DNA of 64,000 nucleotides from the NCBI GenBank assembly GCA_964016885.1, contig OZ024743.1, positions 121,086,001-121,150,000 of the forward strand, given 5' to 3'. Below the pieces are notes generated by a model. That model searched no databases. It was not told where the DNA came from and worked only from the letters and a program-made list of their open reading frames with translations. Both the position numbers and the translations under genes were made by a program. Position 1 is the first letter of the stretch; every line of letters begins with the position of its first letter. The DNA comes from Eledone cirrhosa. Taxonomy: Eukaryota. Below, one piece after another: positions 51,401 to 64,000 of this stretch.

Positions 51401-52524
51401 TATAAATATTTCCTTGGTTTGGAATGCAATTCTTTTTTAATGAATATGGAATGGAATGATGCTGTTGAAGACTAATCTTTTACTTTCATATATGTATTTA
51501 GTACAATAGAAAATGAGCAACATTGAAAGCAATAATATGGTTGCGTACACCAACATGATCTATCTTGAATATATCCACTACATTCTGTGACACCTCAAAA
51601 CTATGTAATACACACACGCACAAACACACAAACACACACACACTCACACACTCACACATACATACGCATACATATTTATACACATATGGCAATTACCTTC
51701 AATATTAAAGTTTTATTATGATTTCCATTTTGTTACACCAGGTTAGTTTACATTTTTCTATTTTATAGTAAACTTAATGGAGTATTCAACCATTTTAATG
51801 GGTTTTTCTTAATCCCAATTACAATTATATATCATAAAACATAGCATTTATATTTGTTATGCTATAGATTATATTTTCTAAATTCCCATGTCACCTTTGT
51901 ACTATAATTTCTATAGTTATATATAATTATCGAGATCGATTTATATGCAAGTTTGCTGTTATCTACTTTTCTACTCTCCATATATCAGAAACATTAATAG
52001 CCTGTACATTTGAATAGTTCTTGTGAACTCAATTCCAATTATCAATGTGCCCACTGGGAACATACTGATATGAAGGTTAATTAAAAGAAATTTATATCTT
52101 CGTACGTCTTGTAAATTACACTAACAATGCGCTTATCATATGCTGCAAATTGAGCGGTCTTGTAGTCAGAAAAATATTAAACATCAGCGTCCATGTATGT
52201 TTCTTTGTTTTGTGATATATGATGCAATTGTTTCTTCCAGCTACGGAAAACATTACAATGTATAAATTCCCCAGTTAAATAGTTGTTCACTTTATTTGGC
52301 TATCTTAAATTACAGACGTATTTTATTTTCTTAATCCATATATATTCGAAGAATCTCAGTGAATAGGACGCGTAACTGTCCTGTTATTTTTGCCAAGATT
52401 TGTTCATATCCACACGATTTACATACAAATATATATATATATATATATATATACATATGCATATTATGTATATGCACATATATATACATATACATATATA
52501 TATACACATATGCATATATATGTA

Positions 52525-52571
<47 letters not shown>

Positions 52572-52667
52572 GTATGCATATTATGTATATACACATATAT
52601 ATACATATACATATATATATACACATATGCATATATATGTATGCATATATATATATATATATATATA

Positions 52668-53280
52668 CTGACGAAGGACTATTTTTATCATATGTAACCC
52701 ATGTGCAAACCACGCAGTATTCTTCTTTCTTCTCATGTTTTTTATATATATTTACCTCGGCTGCGTTTGTCTGTTTCTCTCTTACTGCTTCCCCACTCTC
52801 TCTGTTTCTCTCACCTTCTTTCGCCCCCTCTGTCAGTTACACTTTCTCTCGACTGACCTCTTCCTCACACTTCCACTCATTCACTCTCTGTTTCTCCCAT
52901 TCTCACTTCCTCCCGTTAGGCTTGTGTGGGTCTCTTCTTGCTCACATCTCACACACATCAACACGGTCTGTACCTCTCTCGCTCATGAAATCCACCCAGA
53001 TTATGCTGACCGGACAACCATGTTGCTTGTTTATTTTCCTATCTTCGGTTTGCTTTTATCCTTCTATGTTGTTTATTTGTCCCCCTCGCCTTACGCGAAT
53101 TCTAGTCTCAATAACTTTTTTTAGTTATTGCTCGCACCAACCTGAGGTATCTGATTTTTAATGCGATGTAAATACCAATGATGGTTGGAAAATCACTGAC
53201 GAAGGACTATTTTTATCAAATGTAACCCATGTGCAAACCACGCAGTATTCTTCTTTCTTCTCATGTTTTTTATATATATA
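52668..53280 (+). mobile_element. Non-coding 528-bp unit with ~85-bp terminal direct repeat, embedded in (TA)n
   Basis: CTGACGAAGGACTATTTTTATCA.ATGTAACCCATGTGCAAACCACGCAGTATTCTTC.. at 52668 and 53196. Confidence 0.8.
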
Positions 53281-53756
53281 TATATTATATATAATAAGGG
53301 TTGACGGATCCAGCATATTTATCAATGCCAGTACCGGTTGTATCTCAATGGGCAATGTAAGATACATTACCAGAGTATACACATAGTTATTTGCCTCAAC
53401 ACAACACACGTAAAACGGGTGACTATAAGTTTCCCGGACTCGAGTTTATGCCGCAGCAATGCACTAATGCACTGCACCATCTGTCTGCATATATTATGCA
53501 ACAATGCACAATCGGCTTATGCGGTTTCATCAGCGGGTATCGCCTAATCAATAACCAATCGATCGACAGAATCCAAACACCAGCCCATGCCGGTCATGAC
53601 TGTTTGTGACAACCGACACGGTAAAGCGATTAGCAACTGGCAACCGATAGGACTCTTTCTTTCAACTAGCCACTGATTTACAAATTTTGCGTGGGGACGG
53701 GAAGCTAAAAGACTCGTGGCATAAAAAAGAACGTAACCAACCACTGATTAATAATG

Positions 53757-53830
<74 letters not shown>

Positions 53831-53837
53831 CATTAAA

Positions 53838-53945
53838 AATCCCGCCGAGGTTAACTTTGCCTTTCATCCTTACGGGGTCGATAAAATAAAGTACCAGTAA
53901 TGCACTGGGTAATTGCTGGCCTTGTGCCAAAAGTAGAAACAATTA
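53838..53945 (+). mobile_element. 5'-truncated tRNA-SINE copy
   Basis: Family match. Confidence 0.8.
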
Positions 53946-55631
53946 TTAATCAATGGTTGCGTTCTTTTTTATGCCACGAGTCTTTTTGGTGACAAATGAA
54001 TGCCACAACATCTCGTTTCATCTCGTCAACAAATAAAACACAGTCGCTTATGTAAGAAAGTGTTAAACGATTATGGCGTCGTCTATTACTTAGAAGAAAT
54101 CTTTCTTCGTTCTACATGCTGCATCTATTTGTTTCAATATTCTGCTGTATACTCAAGATTATTCCAATATTTGCTGTAACTCACACCAAATATTATTCTT
54201 CCGCTTCGACTAGTTATTGATTGAATGCGGAAAATACTGTCTAAATCGTATTCTGGTGAGTTGTGGATCATTATGGACGATTGAAACTCAGTGAACGAAA
54301 TATATTACACTGCTCCATTATGTATGCACCGAGCCATACAGCTGAACAGAATATCTTATTCGTTGTTGTGCTTAATTAAAGTGATGTCATAGAAGGTACA
54401 GGAAATATTGTTATGTTAATGATTGTGCGATTAACAACAAAAGGAACATTGCGAAGAAATGTCAAAATCTTTTAATATTTTTATCCTTGAATTGAAAGCC
54501 CCCAAATGTATTGTCTGGTATTTATAAATTAATAATTTTATCGCAACGCGACAGATTTTGTTTAGATTCATGTTATTTGTAATGAATCTAAAATTATTCA
54601 GCTTTTGCAGACAAATGAAGATAAGATAAATTATAGAAACTGACTGTATTGTACAGTTGAGAAATATGATAATTATTAAGTACGGTACACATCCCTCATG
54701 TGCCAAGCAATGAACAATAACAGGCATAAAGTTAAAATACTTAAATGTAAATATTAAAATATATTCTATTTCTTTTTTTTTTTTCAGGAGATTTAATGAA
54801 AACGGCAACTAAATCAAGAGTTGCCATGGTAGTTACTGCGTGTATCATAGCAATATAAATCTTCTGACAGCATTCTCCAAATCACCCAGCAGTCATAAAA
54901 TAGGGATTTCACTGGCTATTAAAAATGCCAGATTGTACGCTACTAGCTGAAAATCTTTTGTATTGGATATAATAGCGGTTTGGGTAGAGTGGTTTATATC
55001 TACAAGAATGCTTTGAAAGAGAAGAAGGGTCTTAAAAGATGGAAGTCAACAAGCAAAAGGGATTTATTTGAATGATGAGGTGAATCAAGAAACACAGATT
55101 CCAGTATAATAACAGTTTACGTTGTTTATGTTTGTTTTTTTTATTGCCAGTCCTGAAGAAGAAGATATATGAACAAAGGTGATCCATCTTTTACAAAGAG
55201 AATCTAGTATTGCATTATCCATTGTGTCCTCTTTATGTAAAGGGCGTGGGGTTTGAGTGTGGAAAAGGGTTTATTTCTAGCATATCGTATAGCACACATG
55301 CTATGTCTTTGGTCCATAATAACAGTAAAACAGGCAGAAATGATACCCAATATAAAACGTAACAGAGGATTATATTAACTCTTCATATCAAGGAATTGTT
55401 TAGTAAAAAACATGTAAACATGGTTTGGTTAAATCAAACGTTTACAATATTTTTATTAGTAAACGGATCATTGCCGTATTTAGTTTTTAATGTGATGCAA
55501 ACATTTCTTTAAAATGTTAATTAAGTGGGAGACATCTAAAATGAGCTTGATAATCCAAATGTTTATAATATTTTACTAGCGCAGAGATCATTGTGAGAAA
55601 TTTCTCTGTTAGTAAAGAATGCATTAATAAT

Positions 55632-55815
55632 TGTTTCTACTTTTGGCACAAGGCCAGCAATTACCCCAGTGCATTACTGGTACTTTATTTTATCAACCCC
55701 GTAAGGACGAAAGGCAAAGTTAACCTCGGTGGGATTTGAACCCAGAACGTAAGGGGTCATAACTCTATGCTGCAAAGTTTGGTGTCTGACGCTCTATCGA
55801 TACTGCCTATCCAAA
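55632..55815 (-). mobile_element. tRNA-SINE copy
   Basis: Family match. Confidence 0.85.
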
Positions 55816-56304
55816 CCCATAATAAGGACGTTTTAATAATGCAGTTACATGTGGTACATTGTGTTAGTGGTCAATATATGCGTCCTGTAACAACAGCTGC
55901 TCAGTATAGAAGTATTACCTGGTTGCGATTTATCAAGTGATATATCTTTTTAATATTTGAAATATGAGGAGAGTTGTAGAGGGTACTAGAGGTACCTCAT
56001 CTTCGCTTGTGTAATCAATGGAATTCGCGAAGATACTATATATTGAATAGGTTGATGCAGAAATCTGTCTTCCTCCATAAACTACTTAACACGGGTTTTG
56101 CTGTTTTTAAAGGTTAACAGAATGTCGTGTGAGTATCCTCGTTTATTGACTGAAGCTTCTCATATAAGCTAGTAATGAACAGAACTGAAATCTATATAGA
56201 TATATGACAGATGTGCCATTATCAAATATAAGAAACAGAGACAGGAAGATGACAAATGTTTGAAGGAAGCTTCAGTTGATGATTTAGTGTATTGAAAAGT
56301 TAAT

Positions 56305-56438
56305 TGTTTCTACTTTAGGCACAAGGCCAGCAATTACCCAGTGCATGACTGGTACTTTATTTTATCGACCTCGTAAGGGTGAAAGGCAAAGTCAACCTCG
56401 GCGGGATTTGAACTCAGATCGTAAAGGGACGTAACTAT
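56305..56438 (-). mobile_element. Truncated tRNA-SINE copy
   Basis: Family match. Confidence 0.8.
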
Positions 56439-58222
56439 TTGAAAAGATAATGACAGGCTTTAATATAGTTCTGAGCTTAGTCTATAACACACTTTGTCGG
56501 AGACGGTGAATATAATATTGTCGTGTTTGTTTCTATTGTCTGACTTTCTCTGTATAGATTATTAGTGTTTGTGTGATATGATAGAAAACCTGTAGCTGAG
56601 AAGAAAACAATTAAATTTATACTTCGTGCTATCATATATTCATTGCATTTGTTTATAATTGTATTAATCTTACTTCATAATACGTATCCCATCAGCACTA
56701 ATACGTATCTCTTACATTTTGTAGAAAAGATTTGGGACATGCTGTTTCATTCTGTGCGCTTTTGATGTACATAATCAATATGATATCCACAGCTCGTTCA
56801 GCTGAGCAAGTGTGTCTTTCTGTAATATAGATACCACCATATCTATATGTAATTTTGAAGCATCTTTCATGTTTGTTATGATAGCATGCTAACTATATAC
56901 AAGGTATTGTAAAAACCAATAAATTACCGCTATATTGTTGCAACAGGTCATGGTTTATGTTTAGTCGTAAAAATAGAAAATCAGCGAGAATAATAGCAAT
57001 GAAAATTGTCTCAAAAATATTAGTAGTTATATTAATGATATTTTGCATAGAACTATAATTAAATCCACTGAGATATTCTTGTAATAGCGCATCATTTTCT
57101 GGCTATTCTTTGTTCTCCAGAAGAGAAGTCATCAATGAAAATATGATTTAGTTACTACATATAAGGCATTCATAAATGTCCAGAACTAAATACTCGCTAT
57201 GCCCATAAAGGATGTGACAAATCATTTGTATTGATTGCATATCTGAAATATCTGCCATTAAATCTCCGTCATTTGGTTCGCTCGTAAATCAGCAGCGCCT
57301 CATCTCTATATTCTTCTTCGAAGTGATGCATCAGCTTCTGAATCAGTCACGCAAGGTCACCATGGTGAGATCAACAGTGAGCTTTAAATGCTGTCGGTGT
57401 TGGAAACGCCGTCTTATTTTATGCATAGCTTACAAATAACATTTAGAGGCGCTGTTGTCGGAGACAAGATCCAATCAAACTTGCCAGACACATTACCGAT
57501 CATTCAGTAGTTATCTATTCGCACTTGAAATTTAATTTTGGTTCGTAAATTCCTTCGTAGGTCTATTAGGCTGAATGCCTTCGTCGCCTATACTATGATA
57601 ATCTTGGGAAATATCACTGACGGAAATTAACAATAAAATCACGATATTATCTCTCTGCTGATTACATCTTGATTTCAACTTGAATCGCAAATAGCAGATT
57701 CTCCATTTTAACCAAACTAGTTTGGACGTACAGATATACTGATACAAACGAAAAATCGAAATAGGCAATTAATACTATTTATAATATGAAATAAAAAACA
57801 ACAACAACAAATAAATAAATGAAATTGTATATAGATAAAAGAAAGAGAGAATGAATTTAGGATGGCAGAAATAAACAAAATTAATCTCGGTTGAAATATC
57901 ATGATTTGTAAGTCTCGTGGGGAGTTTTGTAGAAAGATTGAATATATAACTGGTAAGTATGCTATTATTCCTGAAAAGACTCGATGCTAAATTGACACTT
58001 GATACATTTGAACTTAGATTGAAAATAATCGCAATAAAAAGAGACATTTTGAACGTGACTCTACCCCTTGTGATATCTACTATCTTCATCATTGTATATT
58101 ATTAAAATGAATCATGGTGGACAAATATGCATTATGTTATGATTATTAACAAGAGCAACCAAAATGTTGTATATGGCGGAGATCTTCAATTCTATCTCTC
58201 ACTGGAAGATGGTGAATAATAA

Positions 58223-59118
58223 TTGTTTCTACTTTTGGCACAGGGCCAGCAAGTACCCAGTGTATTACTGGTACTTTATTTTATCGACCTCGTAAAGGAT
58301 CATAACTCTATGCTGCAAAGCATAGCGCCCGACCCTCTACCGATATTGCCAATCCATGAATAATAAGTGTGTCTACTTTTGGCACAAGGCCAGCAATCAC
58401 CCAGTGTACTTTATTTTATCGACCCCATAAGGATGAAAGGCAAAGTTAACCTCGGCAGGATTTGAACTCAGAATGGCAAGGGCCGTAACTCTATGCGTCA
58501 AAGCATGGCGTGCGACCCTCTACCGAAACTGCCAATCCACGATGGTTTTAATTTAGGTACAAGGACAGACATTTTAGAGAAGGTGAACGTCGATTATATC
58601 GACCCCGCTGTTTGACTGGTACTTCATATTATCAACACCGAAATGATGAAAGCCTTCGCTCAGAACTTGAAGAGTCGGAACATATAGTGCTAAACATTTA
58701 TCCGGTGCTCTACTAACTCCGCCAATCCACCCCTGAATAATAATTGTTTCTACGTTAGGCACAAGGCAAGCAATTATCCCAGGGCATTACTGGTGCTTTA
58801 TTTTATCAACCCCGTAAGGATGAAAGGCAAAGTTAACCTCAGCAGGATTTGAACTCAGGACGTAAAAGGCCATAACTCTATGCTGCAAAACATTGTGTCT
58901 GACGCTCTACCGATACTGCCAATTCACCGTAGTCAGTTATATAATTGTTTCTACTTTAGGCACAAGGCCAGCAATTACCCAGTGCATTACTGGTACTTTA
59001 TTTTATCGACCCCGTAAGGATGAAAGGCAAAGTCAACCTCGGCGGGATTTGAACTCAGATCATAAAGGGACGTAACTATGCTGGAAAGCATGGCGTCCGA
59101 CCCTCTACTGATACTGCC
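58223..59118 (-). mobile_element. Cluster of five co-oriented SINE copies
   Basis: Units start near 58223, 58368, 58555 (variant), 58746 and 58946, mostly preceded by AATAAT tails. Confidence 0.88.
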
Positions 59119-62100
59119 ATGTTATGGCATATGTCTGACCGAATGGCTCAGTAGATAATATTCCCGTTTGAAGAATTTGATATCAGTATTGCAAATTCAG
59201 AAACCATATGCTCATTTACTGTTTCAACTTTCTAAGCTTCAGTGAACTGAACGTTGCATGGTACTATTTACTGCTTGAAAGACTAGGCCATAGGAATTAC
59301 ACATCTTTGCGTAATTCTCACAATTTCAGTAACCAGTGACTAACTGTTGGCAGTTTAATCGGGTTAATTGAAGCATTGAAATAATAATATTCGAGCTATA
59401 CAACTCATCATTAGAGTATATATTTACAATATTTATTGCTTCACTGTGTTTCGATCAGTACTATTTCTGAATACCATTGAATGACATAATCAGGGATATT
59501 TGTAAGACTACATTCAAACTTTACTTTTAAACTGAGGTTACGTACGTATTTAGCTACTAAACTACTTACGCACTTTATATTAAAGAATAAGACATTTGAC
59601 GATAATATTCAATTCGAACGAGTTGGCATTCGCATTTAGTATATTTTTGAAAATAAATTACTCAGAAAAGCAATCTAATTTTCTACGTTAAATGGTTTAC
59701 AATATTATTGGTCTGCGTCATGATTCAGTTATCTCTACTTTGGCAAATACCGTCAGGTATCTTCTTCGCCGAGAAAGCTGAGTGCGATAGAATTGTTTGA
59801 ATCCCCTCCCATAGTTGCCGGAATGATAAAGATAATATTAATTATTGATTAATATATTCTTTTACTCGCAGCATAAATATTTCTAACTGGATTTTAATGC
59901 TTACCGAATTAAATATATAAATTAACCAAATTATGAAAAATAACAATTTGATTATAGAAATTATAAAACGAGCACTACTCCCACTGACATGACTCGATGC
60001 TGAGAATAATTTTCCGTTTTTATTATGCTAGTTTTATTTGACTTCCAGGATTTTTCAAAATTTTTATCGTCTAAACATGAGCGATTGGTTCTTCGTTTAC
60101 TTGTGTTAGGTATTGGCAACTACGTTTGCCAGTATTCTGGATTTCATTTTTCACCTGGATCTACTTAGAACTTGATGTAGCATCGAACTATTACTTCTCT
60201 ATGAAGCAAATATTGATAGTAATAAATACTCCCAAATCTTCAGCAACTCCCATACTTTGAAATATTTGTGATACCTTCGAATTCCCAATACTACTTGTGT
60301 ATTATATACGTTTTGCAGCATGTGTTTGCTATTCCTTGTCAAATCAGAGAGCATGCCGCTGAAAGTAAATATAAATGGAAATGGGATTTTTAATCTTATC
60401 ATTCTTTATTACCAACAAACTCACATTCAGAAATATATACATGCAAGAAACAAATCAAGATGGACATGTATCAAAAGCTGGGGAAAATAATGATTGATGT
60501 AGAGTAATAAGCTTACAATACGCATAATGCATAAAATCCGCTAACAAAAATTTCCAGGCTTTATAGTTTACGATATTTTATTGATACGTGTCATCTTCTT
60601 CCAGTCCTTCTCCATATGAGAAGGATCACAATGCTAAAGGACTTTTCATTGTTAAGAGAAAAGTCAATCATTTGGGGAATGGCATCACTAGTTTTGTGCT
60701 AGTAAATATAGTTCGTCGTTATAAATAATATGCAGCTTTTCCTAAACATTACAAAGGAATGAGTCAAGATATTGTTCACATATCGGATTATATATCTTCT
60801 GTCTTTCCTCAGTTCTTCTCAACTATATAGTGTTCCTCTGTCTCCCACACTATCATTTTATAAGATTTATTGACAATATATTACGACCCTTTCTTTATTC
60901 AAACATATGCAGTTGAACATAGCGACTCATTTTTTATGTAACTACCCCAATTAATTGAAAGCTAAAATTAATATTTTGACAGATTATCACATGATTTTAA
61001 AGCTTCCAAAAAGCTTTGCAGTAGACATTCAACTTCATTCTATTTAATTTATTAACATCACGTTCTATTTAAACACACATTAATTCTTTCCTTTTACGAA
61101 ATATTTTCCTGAATATATTTTCAGTATTTATATGCTTTGTACATATTCTGCATTTGTGGAGATCATGACATTTCTAGAAGCAAACGGGATTGTAAATTAT
61201 ACGTTTTTTACACGAAGATTTAGCTAAAAATTAGGGAGAAACTAGGTCATGGACTATCTTACAACGCTTAAATTTAGATCTAAATAAATTACACAAAGAA
61301 ATGTTGGACATTTCTAGTCAGCTTTGAAAAGAATCAGCGAATTTCTGTATTCAAATTGCCGGATCAAATTGTAGAACCAAATTGTGCTTCGATTCTTAAA
61401 ACTTTTTGAAATGATTGATGTTATACAACATATGTAATTTATTCCAAAATGTAAATATTCTGCTTTAATAGATTTATTCTGAAAATAAAATATTACTGTA
61501 TGAACGAAGTGACTTGTAATAGGGAAATAATTACAAGATGTTTGAATCAAGTTGATGTATAGAATATGAAGATAATACTATTTTCCATCACTATATCCAT
61601 CTATATCTAACTTAAAATGTTAAACTGTATGAAATTTTGTATATTCTATTTTCAGGCTTACTTTGGATCATGTGCACAACCAGTAATTTCATCTGAAAAT
61701 ATTGCATACAAGATTTATGGAAACCAATGAAATTACCGAAAAAGAGACCCAATAAAAAAGAGGAATACTGAACAAAAATAAAAGAAAACAAATATTAAAA
61801 CGCAGCAAGAAATCTGATGGGAATATCTTCAATATTGTCTGCTATTCTTTACACAGACATCTTTCCTATTTATTGATCTTTATAAACAAATATGTTGCCG
61901 GGCAACACACATCAAAACTAAGAAAATCAAAACATTCAACTCCTTAACAAAATAAATAGAGTTCAAATATCGTTCTAGTATTAATGTGAAGATGAATTAA
62001 CCTAACTCTTCGTTATCAATCAAGTTATTTCAATGTCACTGAAGTGTAATGAAATAGAAATCATATTTTCAAGGATGTTATCATCATTATTTCGCAGTTG

Positions 62101-63547
62101 TTGTTATTAATGTCATCACCATCGACATCATACAGCTATTATCGATTTATTGCAGCACGCACCTTTAAACCAATCGATCTAAAAGATTTCCTATTCAAGA
62201 AGACGAATAGAAATACACATTCTGTACATTTATCGAAATCTAAGTCGTATTCTTGTTGTTGCTGTTTATGCCTATCTCTGTGTAGGTATCTGTGGTTGTG
62301 TACAAGTGTGCTTCTACATGAATGGTGATCTTGTAATTGAAAAATGGTAAGCTTCCGGCGATTTGAATCAGTAACCTGGTTTCGAAACCATTCACTACAA
62401 ATTTATGCTAATAATATTCTTTCAGAGACAAGAACGTTTCGCTCTCGGAACCCATTCAAAACAGCTAAGGATATGTACCCTGCTAAAAACCTAAATAATA
62501 TGAGGTGTGTGTATGAGCGATTATATGGGTGCATGTGTGTAGGCGTGTATACAAAGGGAGACCATAACATGGAACTGTAGAAATATAACACTGCACTGCG
62601 TGTATAATTAATACGGTTTTGTTTGCTTTGTTTTTACCATTGACTAATGATTTGGAAGACTGTTATTACTGCACCACAACTGAAGTGACTCGCTTTAGAA
62701 AAACTAGAGAAGGCACAAGCACATACAACAACAGACCAACTTAGGCATGGTGATGTGATAAAGTTCGCACCACAGACTCATTGTATCGGGTCGGATTCCA
62801 TTGGATGTTAAGTTAACCAATGCTTCACAGGTAGAGTGTGTAGTGTGGCAAAATAACTTCAGTTTCAATTCCGAAGGGATCTGGTCACAAGCTGAAGAAC
62901 ATTTCAAGTTTTTCGTATGGATGAGAAGGTGAAAACGATATTGCATATCGTTTTTCTTGGATGTATTTCTGAGTCCCCTGTCATATTGCTCCATCCTAAT
63001 AATCTAGTCTTGACATGAAATGATTTTCATTACCGTAGTGGGAGCCATATACATATGCAAAAATAAAACCACCATTGCTCCAATTAATCTACTAACTCTC
63101 AGCAAACAACCAAAATCAAATGCCAACATGTACCCCTGAATCCTGCCTATCCAAACCTTACTCTCTCTAAATTCACAGGATCACAAAATCCACCTAATGA
63201 GGAAAAGAGACGTTGTCAAGCTGCAGCTGTCATATAATGGAGTTTCTATATAATAAAGTCAACCTTATTTTTATCTGCAGCGACTACGACCCCATTACAT
63301 AATAGTCCGTAGCCCCAGCTCCTCCCGTTGTCTTTCGACTTTAAACCCTCAAAATATTCACTTAGATGACATGATGTTGCGAATCGGGAAGTCTAGTTCA
63401 TACAACACAACATAAAAAGAAAACAGAAATAATAATTATCAACAAAATACCCAAGCTATTAAAGAAAATAAGCGAAATGAAGCCAAGAAAAAAAAAATAA
63501 ATATGATATCAGAAAATCCGATAACAAAGTTATAAACCCAAATGTCT

Positions 63548-63728
63548 GGATTGGCAGTATCGGTAGAGGGTCGGAGGCAATGCTTTGCAGCATAGAGTTA
63601 TGGCCCTTTAAGGTCTGAGTTTCAGTCTCACCGAAGTTAACTTTGCCTTTCATCCTTACGGGCCTGATAAAATAAAGTGATGCACTATGTTAATTGCTGG
63701 CCTTGTGCAAAAAGTAGAAACAATTATT
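63548..63728 (+). mobile_element. tRNA-SINE copy
   Basis: Family match. Confidence 0.82.
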
Positions 63729-63887
63729 TACATACAAATAAATATAATATACACACCCGAATACAAAACATAATTAAGTTTAAATCTTATATACACAAAC
63801 CACGAAGATCAACCTTATATACACAAACAAAGAAGATCAACCACGCAATCAAAGATTTGAAAATTAATTAACGAAATCTGAACTTAC

Positions 63888-64000
63888 CTATCTTGGCCGC
63901 CACTAAGAATGTGGCCATTCTTCAAGGCCAATACAGAGAAAAGATGTAAATAAAGACAGAAAAAATCACTAGCTTCATATGGCACTTCGGTCAAGTGTCG
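63888..64000 (-). other. Possible host exon end
   Basis: Strong donor AG|GTAAGT at 63889-63882; one open frame ends LFSVLALKNGHILSGGQD, which is reminiscent of a WD40 repeat. No partner exons found. Confidence 0.25.

Noticed and set aside
52400-53161. 253-aa ORF
   Set aside because: It runs through TA repeats and a pyrimidine-rich non-coding element, with no domain features.
58223-59118. CRISPR-like or tRNA-gene array
   Set aside because: Units are ~185-bp dispersed SINEs with an extended A-B box spacing and no cloverleaf; eukaryotic context with no cas genes.

Overview
AT-rich, microsatellite-dense animal genomic DNA with no host protein-coding gene that I can identify. The SINE and repeat landscape resembles an octopus or other coleoid cephalopod (inference). 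The window is almost entirely transposable elements. (1) Three diverged Tx1/L1-clade LINEs lie head-to-tail on the minus strand (8.6-20.3 kb), each bounded on both sides by (GATA)n, which suggests microsatellite-targeted integration. (2) A 5'-truncated Penelope-like element (RT + GIY-YIG, 30.6-35.5 kb, minus) has a long 3' region carrying a ~255-nt highly base-paired domain and a terminal hammerhead ribozyme with a compensatory U3-A8 core. (3) About a dozen further minimal hammerhead-like motifs sit in small, mostly (TA)n-embedded Penelope-type repeats, and two of these repeats share a covarying box C/D-type kink-turn. (4) There are CRE-, R4/Dong- and RTE-type LINE fragments, hAT and mariner remnants, about 12 copies of a tRNA-derived SINE, and several fold-back palindromes. 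Most short ORFs in the track are microsatellite or antisense artefacts. All RNA structures were read by eye and none was computed.
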